Shown: piece after piece, positions 1 through 12,622 of the stretch
How the letters are laid out: every line of letters begins with the position of its first letter
Numbering within the stretch: the stretch's first letter is position 1
Assembly (NCBI GenBank): GCA_965112735.1
Contig: OZ218959.1
Coordinates: 1,860,001-1,924,000 of the forward strand
From: Phaeosaccion multiseriatum
Lineage: Eukaryota > Protista > Ochrophyta, other classes
Direction of reading: 5' to 3'
DNA: 64,000 nucleotides
Position numbers and translations under genes: made by a program
Notes under the pieces: generated by a model
What the model saw: only the letters and a program-made list of their open reading frames with translations
Databases searched by the model: none
What the model was told of the DNA's origin: nothing

Positions 1-1655
1 AGCTGGACTCTGTCAATACGCTCGACGATGTGGTGCATCTCATCCGCCACTCCCAAAAGGTGATTGTGCTGACCGGCGCCGGATTGAGTGTGTCATGCGG
101 CATTCCTGACTTCCGATCGGAGAATGGCATTTACAGCATGCTGGGCGAGTACAACCTGCCTTCCCCGCAGGCCATGTTCGACATTCGCTTCTTCTCGGAG
201 GACCCCAAGCCCTTTTTCAAGTTTTGTCAGAGCCTCCTGCCCGGCTCCTACCAGCCCTCCTCGTCACACCGCTTCCTCAAGCTGCTGGACGCGCAGGGAA
301 AGCTGCTGCGCAACTACTCGCAGAACATTGACGGGCTCGAGAAGCAGGCGGGCGTGACGGCCAACAGGGTGCACCAGTGCCACGGACACTTTGACACGGC
401 CACATGCCAGTACTGCAAGAGGGGGGGCGTGCGCCTGGAGCGGTTCCGGCACGACATTGTCCAGCAGCGCATTCCCATGTGCGACGCGTGTGGCCACCCC
501 GAAGGCATTCTCAAGCCGGACATTGTCTTCTTCGGGGAGGCGCTGGGAGGGCACTTTTCCAACCTGCTCCAGGACGATTTGCCACAGGTTGACTTGGTGC
601 TAGTCATTGGGACCAGTTTGCAGGTGGCGCCCGTGAATCAGATTGTGGGGCTGGTCAAGCCCGACGTGCCTCAAGTCCTCATCAATAGGGAAGTGGTGGG
701 GCAGCCACACAGCTTCGATGTTGAGCTCCTCGGCGATTGCGATGCCGTGGTGGAGGAGCTGTGCCGCCGCCTAGGGTCGGAGTGGACTGAAGGGCTGGGG
801 GTGGGATCCTCCCCTTCGGTGGGTGGGGGAACAAAGGCGGCTGTAGATGGAGCAGCAGCAGCAGCAGCAGCAGACAAATCCATGTCATCCTCTACCACCC
901 CGTCGCCTCGGTCCCCGTTGGCAAGGCCTCCTTCGCCCTCGCATTCCATCGACGAAGACGGCAAGAAGCGCAGTGGGGAGGAGGAGGAGGAACAAGGCCC
1001 CGCAGTGGCCGTGGAGGAAGAGGTCTATCACGGTCGTGACAGGGATGGCAGCCACCCCTCCCACGACGACGACGATGATGATGATGACGGAGAACGGCCC
1101 ACCTTGTCACCGGCCTCGTTGGCCTTGCGAGGCGACGGCGCTGCTGCTCGCGCCTGTCCCGCCGTGCCTTGCATTGGAAGAGAGAAGAAGCCATCTCCCA
1201 CTTCTGTGGCGACCGATGCGCCCACCTCCCCCGTGTTTGAGCATGTCGCCACGGGGAGGTATCTCTTTCGAAACGGCAAGATACCGGGGCCGCTCTCCGA
1301 CTCGGACGACTCGGAGGAATCCGACGACGGGGGAGGCGGAGGCAAGTACCCACGCGAAGACCGCGACGAGGATGAGGAGGAGCTCGACCGGCAGAACAGC
1401 GACGCGAAGGAGGAGCAGGAGAAGCGCGGGGAGCGCTACTCGCTCCCCTCGCAGGACGGCAATAGAGGCGAGGATGGAGGCAGAGGCGTTAAGAATGGAA
1501 GCGACGCTGCGAGCAGCAGCGGTGGCGTTCCTTCTTCAAAGGCTGTGCAGGCTACGGCCCGGACCTCCAGTCCCGGCAGCAGCGGCAGTAGCAGCAGCAG
1601 GAGTAGCAGCAGCAGTAGCACCACCAGTGCGATGATCAGCCCCCCGCAGCCTTGA
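1..1655 (+). CDS. NAD-dependent deacetylase, class I sirtuin (SIRT1/Sir2-like); 5'-partial
   Basis: Motifs TGAGLSVSCGIPDFRS, YSQNIDGLE, HGHF, CxxC...CxxC, KPDIVFFGE, GTSLQV, INRE and LLGDCD are present. The frame is open from the window edge (LDSVNTLDDVVHLI), so the start lies upstream. Acidic low-complexity tail; stop at 1655. Confidence 0.93.
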   Translation, partial: LDSVNTLDDVVHLIRHSQKVIVLTGAGLSVSCGIPDFRSENGIYSMLGEYNLPSPQAMFDIRFFSEDPKPFFKFCQSLLPGSYQPSSSHRFLKLLDAQGKLLRNYSQNIDGLEKQAGVTANRVHQCHGHFDTATCQYCKRGGVRLERFRHDIVQQRIPMCDACGHPEGILKPDIVFFGEALGGHFSNLLQDDLPQVDLVLVIGTSLQVAPVNQIVGLVKPDVPQVLINREVVGQPHSFDVELLGDCDAVVEELCRRLGSEWTEGLGVGSSPSVGGGTKAAVDGAAAAAAADKSMSSSTTPSPRSPLARPPSPSHSIDEDGKKRSGEEEEEQGPAVAVEEEVYHGRDRDGSHPSHDDDDDDDDGERPTLSPASLALRGDGAAARACPAVPCIGREKKPSPTSVATDAPTSPVFEHVATGRYLFRNGKIPGPLSDSDDSEESDDGGGGGKYPREDRDEDEEELDRQNSDAKEEQEKRGERYSLPSQDGNRGEDGGRGVKNGSDAASSSGGVPSSKAVQATARTSSPGSSGSSSSRSSSSSSTTSAMISPPQP

Positions 1656-2316
1656 TGCATGTGTGTTTGCCCACCCCACGCTGGGTGCGTGTGGGTCAGG
1701 GCGGGGGAAAGCAGGCGCAGCGGCGGCGCCGCAGAATGGCAGCAGCAGCGGGCAGGGTGGGGTTTTTGGTGGTACATGCAGACCTCATCTTCCTGCGCAT
1801 TATGTACTTTGAAGGGCGGGGGGGGGGGGTTGTGGGTGTATTTGGGATATTTGGGAGTACTTTTAGCTTGTGGTGGGAACGATAGAGGCGTGTGTATGGG
1901 GGAAAGAACAGAAGCCTTGGCAGAAAATAAATAGCCTTTCTCCTAGTAGCAGAGCTTTTGGAGAGAATTAATGATACTCTCTTCATATATATTTTTTTTC
2001 TTCTTTCCCCAAAGTACTTCTAATTTGTACGTCCAGGGGGTATGGGAGCCGCTTCGTCGGTGTAGCATCCCTTTGTCGTGTCCATGTGCGTCAACTAACG
2101 GCAGAGGGACAAGGAAGTGAAACCACACCGACTCACTGCTTTTGTACTTCAAAGGTCTGTTCCGTTCCCAAAAAAAATCGAAAAGCTTTTGTGGTCGGCA
2201 TCGAGGCCAAGGCATCGAGCCCAACAAGTGTGTTTGATTGCACCTGCTCCTTATGGAAACAAACCACGACCTACCTACTCAACTCACAACCTACGCTACC
2301 TACTGCTACATACCGC

Positions 2317-3605
2317 TCACGCCCGGTCCGTCATCTTCGATAGCCTAATCTCCTCCTCCTTCTCCAAGAGACGTAGCCTCCTCTGCTCATGAGTGTAGCC
2401 TCCCTCGAAGCAGCCGTGGGGTGCCGTGGGCGCCCGAGAGCCGTACTTGAGTCCCATGAGCGCACCGATGAAAATGAGAATGGCGGAGGCAATGTTGAGC
2501 CCAAAGCCATCCTTCTCCTTGTAGTCCTCATCAAGAGAGTAGTGCATGACGAAGATGGTGGCCACCGAGAGGAAGGCGGCGATCTCTCCGATCAGACCAC
2601 CACTCCAGCCCATCACTTTCGACATGTAGAATGTGCCATAGGTCAGCAAGAGGGCGGCCAAACCGGTAAAGGCCAGGGACAGGCCGAGGAGGACCTTGGA
2701 GCCACACTGCTGAATGTTCCACTCGGGACCATCGCTGCAGTTCACGTCGTCCAACTTCACGTCTACACCACCCTTGCTTGCGCCGAGTGTGTGGTAGACT
2801 TTGACGTGCGGGGGGGTGGAAGGGAGGGAGTGAGGAAAGGAGGATGAGCGAGAGAGTTGAGAGAGACAGAGAACACAGAGATGAATACCATCAGAGAGGA
2901 CGAGGGTAGCAGGGAGGGAAGCCCTCAGAGGACACGTAACTTAGAGGACACGTAACGTAACTTGAAGTGCAGCAAGTTACCAAAAAAAGTGTTGCTCTTG
3001 CAGCCCACACCAAGGTGCCTCGGTCCTCACCTGAAAGCATGGCCCCCAGACCCAAGAAGAAGCCCAGCCACGTGAGGAATGATGCCACTGCGAGCGGCAC
3101 AGAGTTGAGGCAGCCGAACTGCCGGACGTTGAGGCGCTCCTCCTCGGCCACGAGTCGCTCTGCCGTGGCTCGAACAGACGCCGATGAGGCTGTGGTGGGG
3201 TTGCCGTAAGCGTCGGTGGTGGTGGTGACGGTGCCCTTTGTCGCGGGGCCAGGGGAAGAGGCACTGTCAACCGCATATTGCTGCCTCGTCTGGACGGGGC
3301 GCGTCAAGTCCTGTTGTGTGCGGCATCAGGCGGGACGTGGGTGAAGTCTTAAGCGAAGTGCAAAGCGTGTGTGTGGGAACTGGGGCAAGGACACACAGGT
3401 GCAAGCTCTCACTCTGCCATAAGGGACGACCCCCTTTTTAACAGGTGTGGCTTTGCCTGGTGAAAAGTGAAAAGTGCCACTGGACACCCACTTTTCGCAC
3501 CAGCCCTTTGCGCCCCTCTCAGTCACTCACCTCTCCATCGTAGGGTGCGCCTGTGCCCGTGTGGGTGGTAGTAGTCCTTGTGCTGCTAGTCCTTCCAGTA
3601 GACAT
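2317..3605 (-). CDS. Four-TM membrane protein (claudin/PMP22-like topology), copy A, about 278 aa
   Basis: Phase-consistent GT-AG model with exons 3605-3531, 3310-3031 and 2798-2317. Four hydrophobic segments, with a Cys pair (VNC...QQC) in the first loop. Supported by the paralog next door. Confidence 0.75.
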
Positions 3606-3932
3606 TGCTGGGAAGCAAAAGGTCAAAAAGAAAGTGTTCAAGCGCGTGGTCCTCTCGTTTCGTTTTCCCTCTCCAGGCGGACTCAGGTGCACACCACAGT
3701 CGGGTGGAAGGGCAGTAGTAGCAGCAGCACAGGCAGTGGAAGCAGCGGCAGAGGATTTTTATTGAAGAGAGAGGAGGGGCAAGTGAAGTGTTCGAAGTTC
3801 CACTTCCCAGCAAGGATTTTTTTTAGATCCCGTCAGGCTGGGGGTATGCGAACAGAAGAGTTCTTGAAGGATGATGAGGACCGTCCACACACTCACACAC
3901 ACACACTCACTCACCCTCACTCACTCACTCAC

Positions 3933-3987
<55 letters not shown>

Positions 3988-4310
3988 CACACACACGCAT
4001 CCACACTTTATTTTTTTATTTTCATCTCCTGCAAAAAACTCATATTTTTTATTTTCCCTGCGAGGCCAGTCTCGTGTCTTGAGGACACCTGCCCCCTCCG
4101 CGGGCACATTGCGTTGTCCCCTCTTTCCTCCCTCATTTGATGTCTACCTACAGCCCATCTAGCTTGAGTCTCCCCTCACAGGTCCACTCTCTCTCTCTCT
4201 CTCTCTCTAGCTTCCCGTAAAATGCTTCGATCGGAATCATTCCGTCAGTGCACTACCTACACGCATGACAAATAAACAACCCTCTTCTTTGTGCATCGTA
4301 TCGCAAAAGC

Positions 4311-6242
4311 TCACACCCGATCCACCATTTTGGCACCTCTGATCTCCTCCTCCTTCTCCAAGAGACGTAGCCTCCTCTGCTCATGAGTGTAGCCTCCCTC
4401 GAAGCAGCCGTGGGGTGCCGTGGGCGCCCGGGAGCCGTACTTGAGTCCCATGAGCGAACCGATGAAAAGGATAATGGCGGAGGCAATGTTGAGCCCAAAG
4501 CCATCCTTCTCCTTGTAGTCCTCATTAAGAGAGTAGTGCATGACGAAGATGGTGGCCAGCGAGAGGAAGGCGGCGGCCTCTCCGATCAGACCACCACTCC
4601 AGCCCATCACTTTCGACAGGTAGAACGTGCCATAGGTCAGCAGGATAGCGGCCAAACCGGCAAAGGCGAGAGAGAGAGCAAGGAGGACTTTGGAGCCACA
4701 CTGCTGAATGTTCCACATGGGACCATCGCTGCAGTTCACGTCGTCCAAAGACACGTCTCTACCACCGTTGCTTGCGCCTAGTGTGTGGTAGACTTTGACG
4801 TGCAGGGGGGGGGGGGGTGCGAGATGGGGGAGGGAGGGAGGGAGGGACGGAGGGACAGAGGGGAGGGACGGACGGACGGACGGAGGAACAGGGGAGGGAG
4901 AGGAGGGGAGGGCGAGTTGAGGGCGAGAGGGAGAGAGGGAGGCGGGGAGAGGGAGTGGGAGAGAGTTGAGATATCAATCACCTGCTTGTTGCAGGGCAGC
5001 AAGGTTTCAACACGCAAAAAACCGTGCTGCCGTTCCACCTCACCACATCAGCGCACCCCCAACTTGCCTTGGCCCTCACCTGACAGCATGGCCCCCAGAC
5101 CCAAGAAGAAGCCCAGCCACGTGAGGATCGATGCCACTGCGAGCGGCACAGAGTTGAGGCAGCCGAACTGCCGGACGTTGAGTCGCTCCTCCTCGGCCAC
5201 GAGTCGCTCTGCCGTGGCTCGAATAGACGCCGATGAGGCTGTGGTGGGGTTGTCGTAAGCGTTGGTGTTGACGGTGCCTTTTGTCGCGGAGGAAGGGCCA
5301 TTGTCAACCACATGTTGCTGCGACGATTGGACCGGGCGATGCAAGACCTGCTCCACGGGTTCGTGTTGGTGCGCATGCATACACCGTGCGGGTGGAACAT
5401 AAGGGGGTTGGTAGTACAGTGGGTGCAGTTGGTGTAACGCATGTTGTGGGAGGGAGGGAGGGAGGGAGGGAGGGAGGGAGGGAAAGAAGGAAGGAGGGGG
5501 GTGTAGGAGTGGGTGGGAATCCGGGCACGGGCACACACATACATGGGCCAAGAAAAAGTATCCACAAGGGTCACTCATGCTCTACCCACCCCCCGCGGTC
5601 TTGCGGGGGCTTGCGAGACGGGCTTGCGAGACTGCCAAAGCGTCACGAGGCACGCACGCTCCACCTTGCCACCCCCTCCACCGTCTCTCTCACCTCGCCA
5701 TCAAAGGGCGCACCACCTTTGCCAGCTGGTGTATAGGTGGAGCTGTCAGCCTCCGAGTCAGCCTTCTCCTCGTAGTTGCCGCGCAAACCCGTGGCTTCTG
5801 AGATGTTCTCCCTTTTGCCCCCTAGTGACATCGGAGACCGCGGAGACTTCGTTGACAGCCTCGGTGATTTCACGCTCGTACTCGAGTCGTAAGTAGCAGG
5901 AGCCGCAAGGACTTCTGCGATTGTTTCAGTCGATTTCTGAGATGAATCCTTATTCCCCTCCATCCCCACTCCAAAGGAAGGCGTCGCCTCGGCATCTGCA
6001 ATGACTTCCCTCACTTTGTTGTCCCTCACTTTGTTGTCCTTGACGTTCCCCCCCGCTCGAATCTCCGCTTGGGAAATCCTCTCCCGCACGCCTACGGGAG
6101 GGGGCGGAGTTGCGTTGGTTTGCCCCCTGGCGACGTCTGGGCTGCCCGAGACTCTTTCCCGCCCGGAAACGGTAGCATTTTGGTACTGGGGAGAGGGCAC
6201 GAAGGTAAGTGGGGCGTTGGTGGTCGTCACCAGACGAGGATC
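4311..6242 (-). CDS. Four-TM membrane protein, tandem paralog copy B, with a longer N-terminus (start not resolved)
   Basis: Exons ~6242-5694, 5347-5080 and 4792-4311. Intron positions match copy A (GAPFDGE| vs GAPYDGE|; MLS|V) and the TM exons are near-identical. Confidence 0.7.
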
Positions 6243-6285
6243 CTACAGCAACACTGGAAGGGGAAAGGGCGAAGAGGGAAAAGCG

Positions 6286-6580
6286 CCGGCACTCATCGCC
6301 GTGAAGATTGTCGGCCCTCATTCCCAGACACCGCCAACCATGCTATACACACCAACACCGGCAAGGGGAAAGGCAAAGCAGGAAAAGCACCGACACTCAT
6401 CACCGGGGAGGCTGTCGGCCCTGATCACCAGATACAGCCTCCAAAGCTCGCCCGCGCCAAGAGAAACGAGGAGAGCCCCGGCACTCATCACGGTGGAGGC
6501 TGTCGGCCTTCAGCACCAGATACAACCTCCCGAGCCTACCCTCTCTCTCCCACGGAGGGGCCCGGCACTCATCACCAGAC
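6286..6580. repeat. Degenerate ~85-105 bp repeat, about 4 copies (core GCACTCATCAC...TGTCGGCC...CCAGA)
   Basis: Core recurs near 6289, 6393, 6481 and 6565. Confidence 0.6.
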
Positions 6581-7613
6581 ATACCCTCCTTTGTCCCCAT
6601 AAGCACTCTCTTCGGGCCCTGCACAAAGCCTCGCTCTCCTCCCCAACAGAATTCTCCTCCTTGGCAGTGTCCACCTTACCGAGAGCCTGACGGGCGTGGT
6701 CATCGCGCGCCGATCTACTCGTTACACACTCCCAGCCGCTGCTCCTCCGTTCCTGCAGCGCCAGAGATGGTGACAGAAGGGAGTGGGGGTGTAGGACGGT
6801 TAATTAAAAAAGGATGTGAGCTCTCGCCCCCCGCAACCTGTCAATCATCATCAACAGAAAGGTCTCGAAGATACGAAGGCGATTTCCCAGGACCTTTGCA
6901 CTGTGCACACTACCTTGCCACCGAACACTACTCTTCTAAACGGATGGCAAGAGACTCGGTTGTACAAAGGAGGAGGGGAGGGGGAGGGGGATAAACTTCC
7001 CTTGCTGACGATCGGTCTTGCGCAAACGAGATGTTTTCCCTCACCTTCGTCCGTGTGATGCTGTGCAGCAGAGGGAGGGAAGCGGAGCCTCAGATGCAAC
7101 AAGTAGAGCTACACTGCCACCCTACCCTACGGATACGGCTGGGGCGTCACTCAATGCTTTTTCTTTGGCCAGACCTCTGGAGAAAATGTGAAGAAGAAGC
7201 AAAAATTTCAATTTGCCGATCTTTCATCGACTCTGGCCCTCTCACACAGCTTGCATGGCTTCCTCGGCGAACGTCTTTTTCCCACGATTTTTTTGTTTTG
7301 TTTATGTGTGCATCTGTTAGTAACAGTCACCAACAGTATATTATCCTGGAGGAGCCTTGAGGACTTGCGGCGACAACGGGCCCCTTCAGGAAAAGGCCGG
7401 GAGCTCCACCAGTTTCAAGAATCGCTCCGTGTCCTGCACCGCTGCACCCTCCGGCTCCTGCGTATCGTACTGAATGTGCCGCCCCAACCGTGCAGGGTGG
7501 GCGATGATCGTGGTCTCAGCTACATCGCTTCGCTGACCGGCGCCTGCCTGCCTCCTTCTGGCCAGACTTCCTAAAGCAGAGAAGAGAATACCGAATATCG
7601 ACCCGACCCGACC

Positions 7614-8620
7614 TCAGGACTCGTCATCCTTTGGCGCACCTCTTCTCCGCTCCCACCAGTCGACACCATACGTCGATGACGCGGCCAGAGCCGCCGCAAG
7701 GGTGGCATTGCGAAGGAACAACCTCTTCCCGCCTGTCGTCGATAGACATTGATTGATTGCAAGGGCACGCCACACATGGATGGGCGTCAGTAGGGTAGTA
7801 AGGGACTAAGGACACCCATTTGGGGCCTAGCGGCCAAGGCCTACTTTGGACAATTGGCTGACCTAGGGAGGACCGCAGACGCTCGAATGTACGCCTATTT
7901 GGAAAAGTGACCAGCCTACGGAGGGCCGAAGGCCGCCGACCTGGGGGCCTATTTCGAAAGAATATTGACCCGCCTAGGGCCTACGGCCGATCATTTGCGT
8001 GGTTCTCTGAATCAGACGCGCGGATTTATCTATCACACACGCTGTCGCCGCCCTATTCTCTCCACCCCGCATCATGTATACTGGTCTTGGGATACGCACC
8101 AATGAGTGAGGGAATGGCGACGGCTGCCGTGACTCCGACAATGAACGTGGTGGGGTGGCGCCGTTTGAAGGTGCTCATGTCTGAGTACTCGACTGCGAAA
8201 GGAGAGCAGAGATACGACGAGCAACGGCCAGAAGAAAGCACGAAGACTCGATTAGAAGAGTGCCGCACCATCAGGAAAAGGTATGACGAGCAATGGCCAG
8301 AAGGAAACACCAAGACACGATTAGAAGAGTGCCGCACCACCAGGTACAGACAGAGATTGCATGCATTGAAGAGGTCGAGTTGACAACGGTGATACACCTT
8401 CATCCTACTAAAACGCCGCACAGTCCCGCCCCCCGCCCTCCTTCCCAAACACATAGAAATGGGCAAGGAGGTGGTGTTCTTCGAGCAATGTAGCCCTCTC
8501 TCACCTCCCATTTTGTCCAGCGCCATCTGCGTATGTACCTGCGAGAGAGAGGGGATCAATAGCATGTTCGACGGTGGGAGGGAGAGAGCATTGAGCGATT
8601 GCAAAGCCAGTCCTAGAGAG

Positions 8621-8658
<38 letters not shown>

Positions 8659-8939
8659 ATCAGATGGAGAGAAGGGAGCGGAAATGCGCGCACCTGCGAG
8701 GTAAGAAGTAGCTCATCTACTCTCCCTTTATTCTCCTCCCAGCGGCCCTGTCCCAACCGCAGGGCATCATTCAGGGCAAGGCGGCACGTCCGAACAACCC
8801 CTCGCAGTGGAGTGCCTTCCCCCGGTGCTGAAGACTCTTGCTCTAATGGAGGCGCAAGGGAGGGGAGCAAGGGAGCAGATTGCTGCTCCTGCCCGGCATC
8901 AGAGGATCCTCCTGCTGCAGGTGTGGGCTCTTGTTCCAT
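7614..8939 (-). CDS. Small two-TM protein (163 aa), architecture resembling ApoO/MICOS MIC26-MIC27
   Basis: Exons 8939-8694, 8538-8505, 8192-8100 and 7732-7614 are all GT-AG and phase-consistent (492 nt). Protein: ...TPLRGVVRTCRLALNDAL...FIVGVTAAVAIPSLI-GGKRLFLR-NATLAAALAASSTYGVDWW. The gene is likely real; the family call is tentative. Confidence 0.65.
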
Positions 8940-9204
8940 AGCTTGGCCGCTGGACAATGTGCAAATTGGTCAGCCAGTTTTCAGTTCTCAGTTCATGTGT
9001 GGCGCGGTGTAAACTGAAACTCTTTTGTCGTTTCGGAAATCGTCGCTCACCTCCTCCCCCCTCCCTTCTCTTGGCTCCTTCACTTACTCCAGTCGAGTCG
9101 GCCTTTGACACCCTGCTGATGAAGGCCAGCTGATGTCCTGAAGGCTGGCGCCTTAGTGTTACGTCTAGTCGGCAAGAGCCGGGTGGGCAGGAGGGCACAT
9201 AGTC

Positions 9205-12200
9205 ATGCCAGCTCTCGGCTTTAATGGGCGGGAGACCCGCGACAACTGGAGGGGTGGGGGGATAGTAGAGCAGAAGGAGGTGTTTTCCACCTTGGGTCCG
9301 GGGTCCTATGACGACTCTAGTCGGACTCTGCTCAGCGAGCGTGGAGGCTGTGCCGCTGCCTTCAAGTCCACCTCTGCCCAGCGGTACCACCCACGCCATG
9401 AAAGCTCAGATATGCCCGGCCCTGGAGAGTACAATGTCGACCTGGCCAGGCAACAGGAGATACGTCGCCAGCAAAAGAAGGTCTTTCAAGGAGAAGTATA
9501 CAAAGGAGCGGCTGCGCAAACGTCGCACACACGACTGCTCATGCGGAGGCCCCGAGACGCTGGCCCAGGGCCTGGAGCCTACTTGGGTCAGGAAAAGTTT
9601 GTAAAGCCCTCCCACGGGAAAGTAGGCCTCATGGGAGCACCGACGCCAAGCGTTCATGAAGTGGGTGCTGGGGTGGCAGGAGGAGGAGGCGGTGGAGGAG
9701 AAGGAGGAGGAGAAGGAGGAGGAGGAGGAGTTGGAGGAGGAGGAGGAGGAGGAGGAGGAGGAGGAGGAGGAGGAGGAGGAGCAGTTGGAGTACACGCAGG
9801 AGTGGACACGAGTCCTGCGGTTACGTGGGCGAGGGTACCTACAGCCCCATCCATCCCTGGTAGAACTCAGAGCTATGGCTACGAGGAGTCTGACACGGGA
9901 GAGCTTGTGCTACAGACGCAAGCTCATCTCAAGAGAGGCCAGTCGGAGATGCCGGGGCCAATGCAGTACAGGCCCAAGCATGAGGCTATTTGCAGGCACG
10001 CCCCAGTCGTGGACTTTTCGAGAGGGGTGAGTGCGTTGTTTGTGGTGTGCAAATTTCCTGCTGCGCGAGAAAGATGTGACAATGAAACGCGCGCACCGAC
10101 CTGTGGGTCCCATTCCCCGAGCCCAAGGACATCGCCAGAGAGGCGCCTTCCTCGGCCCCTGACAAGGTTCTGAGGCGACCCAGGTTCCAGGTTCTGGCCG
10201 GCGTCAGCCAGTCAGGTTCCAGATTCTGGCCTGGGTCGCCTCAGAAGCTTGTCAAGGGCCGACCTTCCTTCCCTCCGAGTCACCTCGACCCTCGCTCCAA
10301 CAATCAATGCTTAACGACGCACTGACACCCTTTCCTTTTGTTCTCTGATTCTATCGTCATTCGCCCTCGCAGCCGGACCGCCTGGACTTGCTAGACAAGA
10401 TGAGAGGCGACACCCCCGGGCCGGGGTACTACAACGCTCCGCCAACCTTCCAGAAGGAGGAGCAGACAGTTCACATCGGGCACAAGCTGTACCATCAAAA
10501 GGTTAGAGCAAAGTACAATCATGGGAAGCATAAACGCAGCACCCCCTGGATCCACCATTGCTCTCACTTGAGCTATAAACCCACCCATACACACACAACC
10601 CACACACACAACCCAAAACAAACACACAACACATTACACACAACCCACACACACGCACGACAGGAAAAACACTCCTCTGCCTTCACGAGCAAGTCTCAGC
10701 GCCATGTCGTGCCAAAGAACCCGAGCCCCGGACCAGGCACATATGTCGTGCCTTCCACCATGGATGTCAAGACGAAGGTGACCCCGGGGCGGAGATTGCA
10801 GCAGTCCTTCCTGAGCTCTTCGGAGCGATTCGACGCTGCACGGGATCGACGAAAGGGAATGACGCCGGGCCCAGGCAGCTACTATAGTGAGCGAGTTGAT
10901 GCCTTGGGGAGTAGCGCCAAGCGAGCGAGTCGAAAGAGAGGGCCACAGAGGGGACCAAGCTTGGGCACGGCAGGAGGAGGAGGAGGAGGAGGAGGAGGAG
11001 GAGAGGGGGAAGGGCTGCACTCTACCGGATCAGTAGGCTTTGCCAGCAGCAGTGTGCGATTCGCAGACAACAATCAGCCGAGAAGGTGCGTCTCCTCGAG
11101 AGGGAGAGGCACTTAAAGCCTGGCATGGAAGCATAGCGGGTGTGGGGGGTTGGGCTGGGGCAAGTGATGGTCGCGGTCGGAATGCTAAATGCTCTCTTCG
11201 TACTGCCCCCCTGCCCCGTGTGTACCTCTCTCTCTCTCTCTCTCTCACTCATGCACACACGCACACACACGCGCGCGCACGCGCGCACACACACACGCAC
11301 GCACATAAAACACACGCACACACCTCCGCGTATGCATGCTCATGCCTATACCTCACGCGTCGGAGAGAAGGGGGTCAACACCCGATCTGAGGGATCCGCC
11401 CCTGACGAGTGAGGACGACGACCAACAGGGCCTCTCCGAAAAGGTCAAAAAGATGCGAGCCAAGGCAGCAAGGAGGGCCAAGCAAGGAACCTTCGGCAGC
11501 ACGGCCAAGCGTTTCGTGGAGGGGGAGGAGGGCTCGGAGCTGGGGCCGGGCAGCTACGATATCGGCCTGTACAGGAAGAAGGGCCCAGACGAGGAAGCCT
11601 CACAGTATGTGCCCACCATGATGACGTACCCCAAAACAGCCAAAGTGATCAAGGTGAGTGTATGCGTGCGTGCGATAGCAAAGGCGTATGTGTGTGTGGA
11701 TGATCATGCGTGGACGAGGAAACCTTCTTCCTTCTCTTGCTTGCGAGAGGAAGGCTTGCCGAACGGGAAACCCTCTCCGCTGCTGTAGCTGTAGCTCTCT
11801 GCTGTAGATGAGTCCTCAGAGAATAATGATGGCGCAGACTAGGAGTTGCACGGTGCTTAGTGTTTGCTTCTGCTGCGGCCAACCCGTTTGGACATGTGTC
11901 AGCCTGTCCCACCTTCCTTTCCTCTCACCCACGCACCCATGCACGCACTCACGCACGCACCCACTCCCGCACGCACGCACCCACGCACGCACCCACGCAC
12001 GCAGGGCCCCACATCAGCATTCGCTTCGGGGACGAAGCGCTTCTCCCCACGAGCCTCGCCCGAGAAGCTGAGCTATGGACATGACCCCACCACCCAGGGG
12101 CTCGGGCAGGCACGGGGGGGCAGTGCAGGAGCCGGCTTTGTGGCTTCTACGTCCACGGCAACAGGAGGGGGAGAAGGAGGAGGAGGAGGAGAGGGGGGGG

Positions 12201-12407
12201 GAGGAGGAGGGGCCTCGATGTACAACAGCGGCCGCAACAAGTCTTGCTGGGCGAGCTCGAAGGGCGTGCTTCCCTTGGGCAAAGGTCCCAAGGAGCGGTT
12301 CCCGGGTCCGAAAGCAGGGGCCTCAAACGTGGGGCCGGGGTCTTACAACATTCCAAGTACGCTAGGAGGGGCCCGTAGAAGCCCTGCCGCCTCCTCCTTG
12401 AAGGCGG

Positions 12408-12438
<31 letters not shown>

Positions 12439-12622
12439 GCTTGCTTGCAATCGACGACCGGCGCCTCGACAGATTATGGGAGGCACGGAGGAGAGATTTG
12501 CAGCCAGGAAAGTTGACGCTATGCCGGGCCCTGGGCACTACAATGGAGAGCTGCTGTACGGCAACATGCTGAGGCAGACCTTCAACATTGCCATTGCAGA
12601 GGCCAGCGCCGACATCGTTTAG
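9205..12622 (+). CDS. Sperm-tail PG-rich repeat (SHIPPO/ODF3/STPG-like) flagellar protein
   Basis: About ten P/G-GPGxY repeats (LGPGSYD, PGPGEYN, PGPGAY, TPGPGYYN, SPGPGTY, TPGPGSY, VGPGSYN, MPGPGHYN), often preceded by FxSxxxRF. Exons ~9205-10026, 10373-10501, 10664-11085, ~11370-11653 and 12005-12622. Confidence 0.85.
10152..10262. mobile_element. MITE (111 bp) in an intron, 33-bp TIR, 6-bp TSD CCTTCC
   Basis: 10152-10184 and 10230-10262 are inverted repeats with 2 mismatches. CCTTCC occurs at 10146-10151 and 10263-10268. Confidence 0.85.

Noticed and set aside
1-1655. Intronless sirtuin as a retrocopy
   Set aside because: The 5' end is outside the window, other genes here also have long exons, and no poly-A or TSD evidence is present.
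6690-7600. Short ORFs upstream of membrane paralog B
   Set aside because: No consistent exon chain or motif; these may be 5' exons or UTR but are unsupported.
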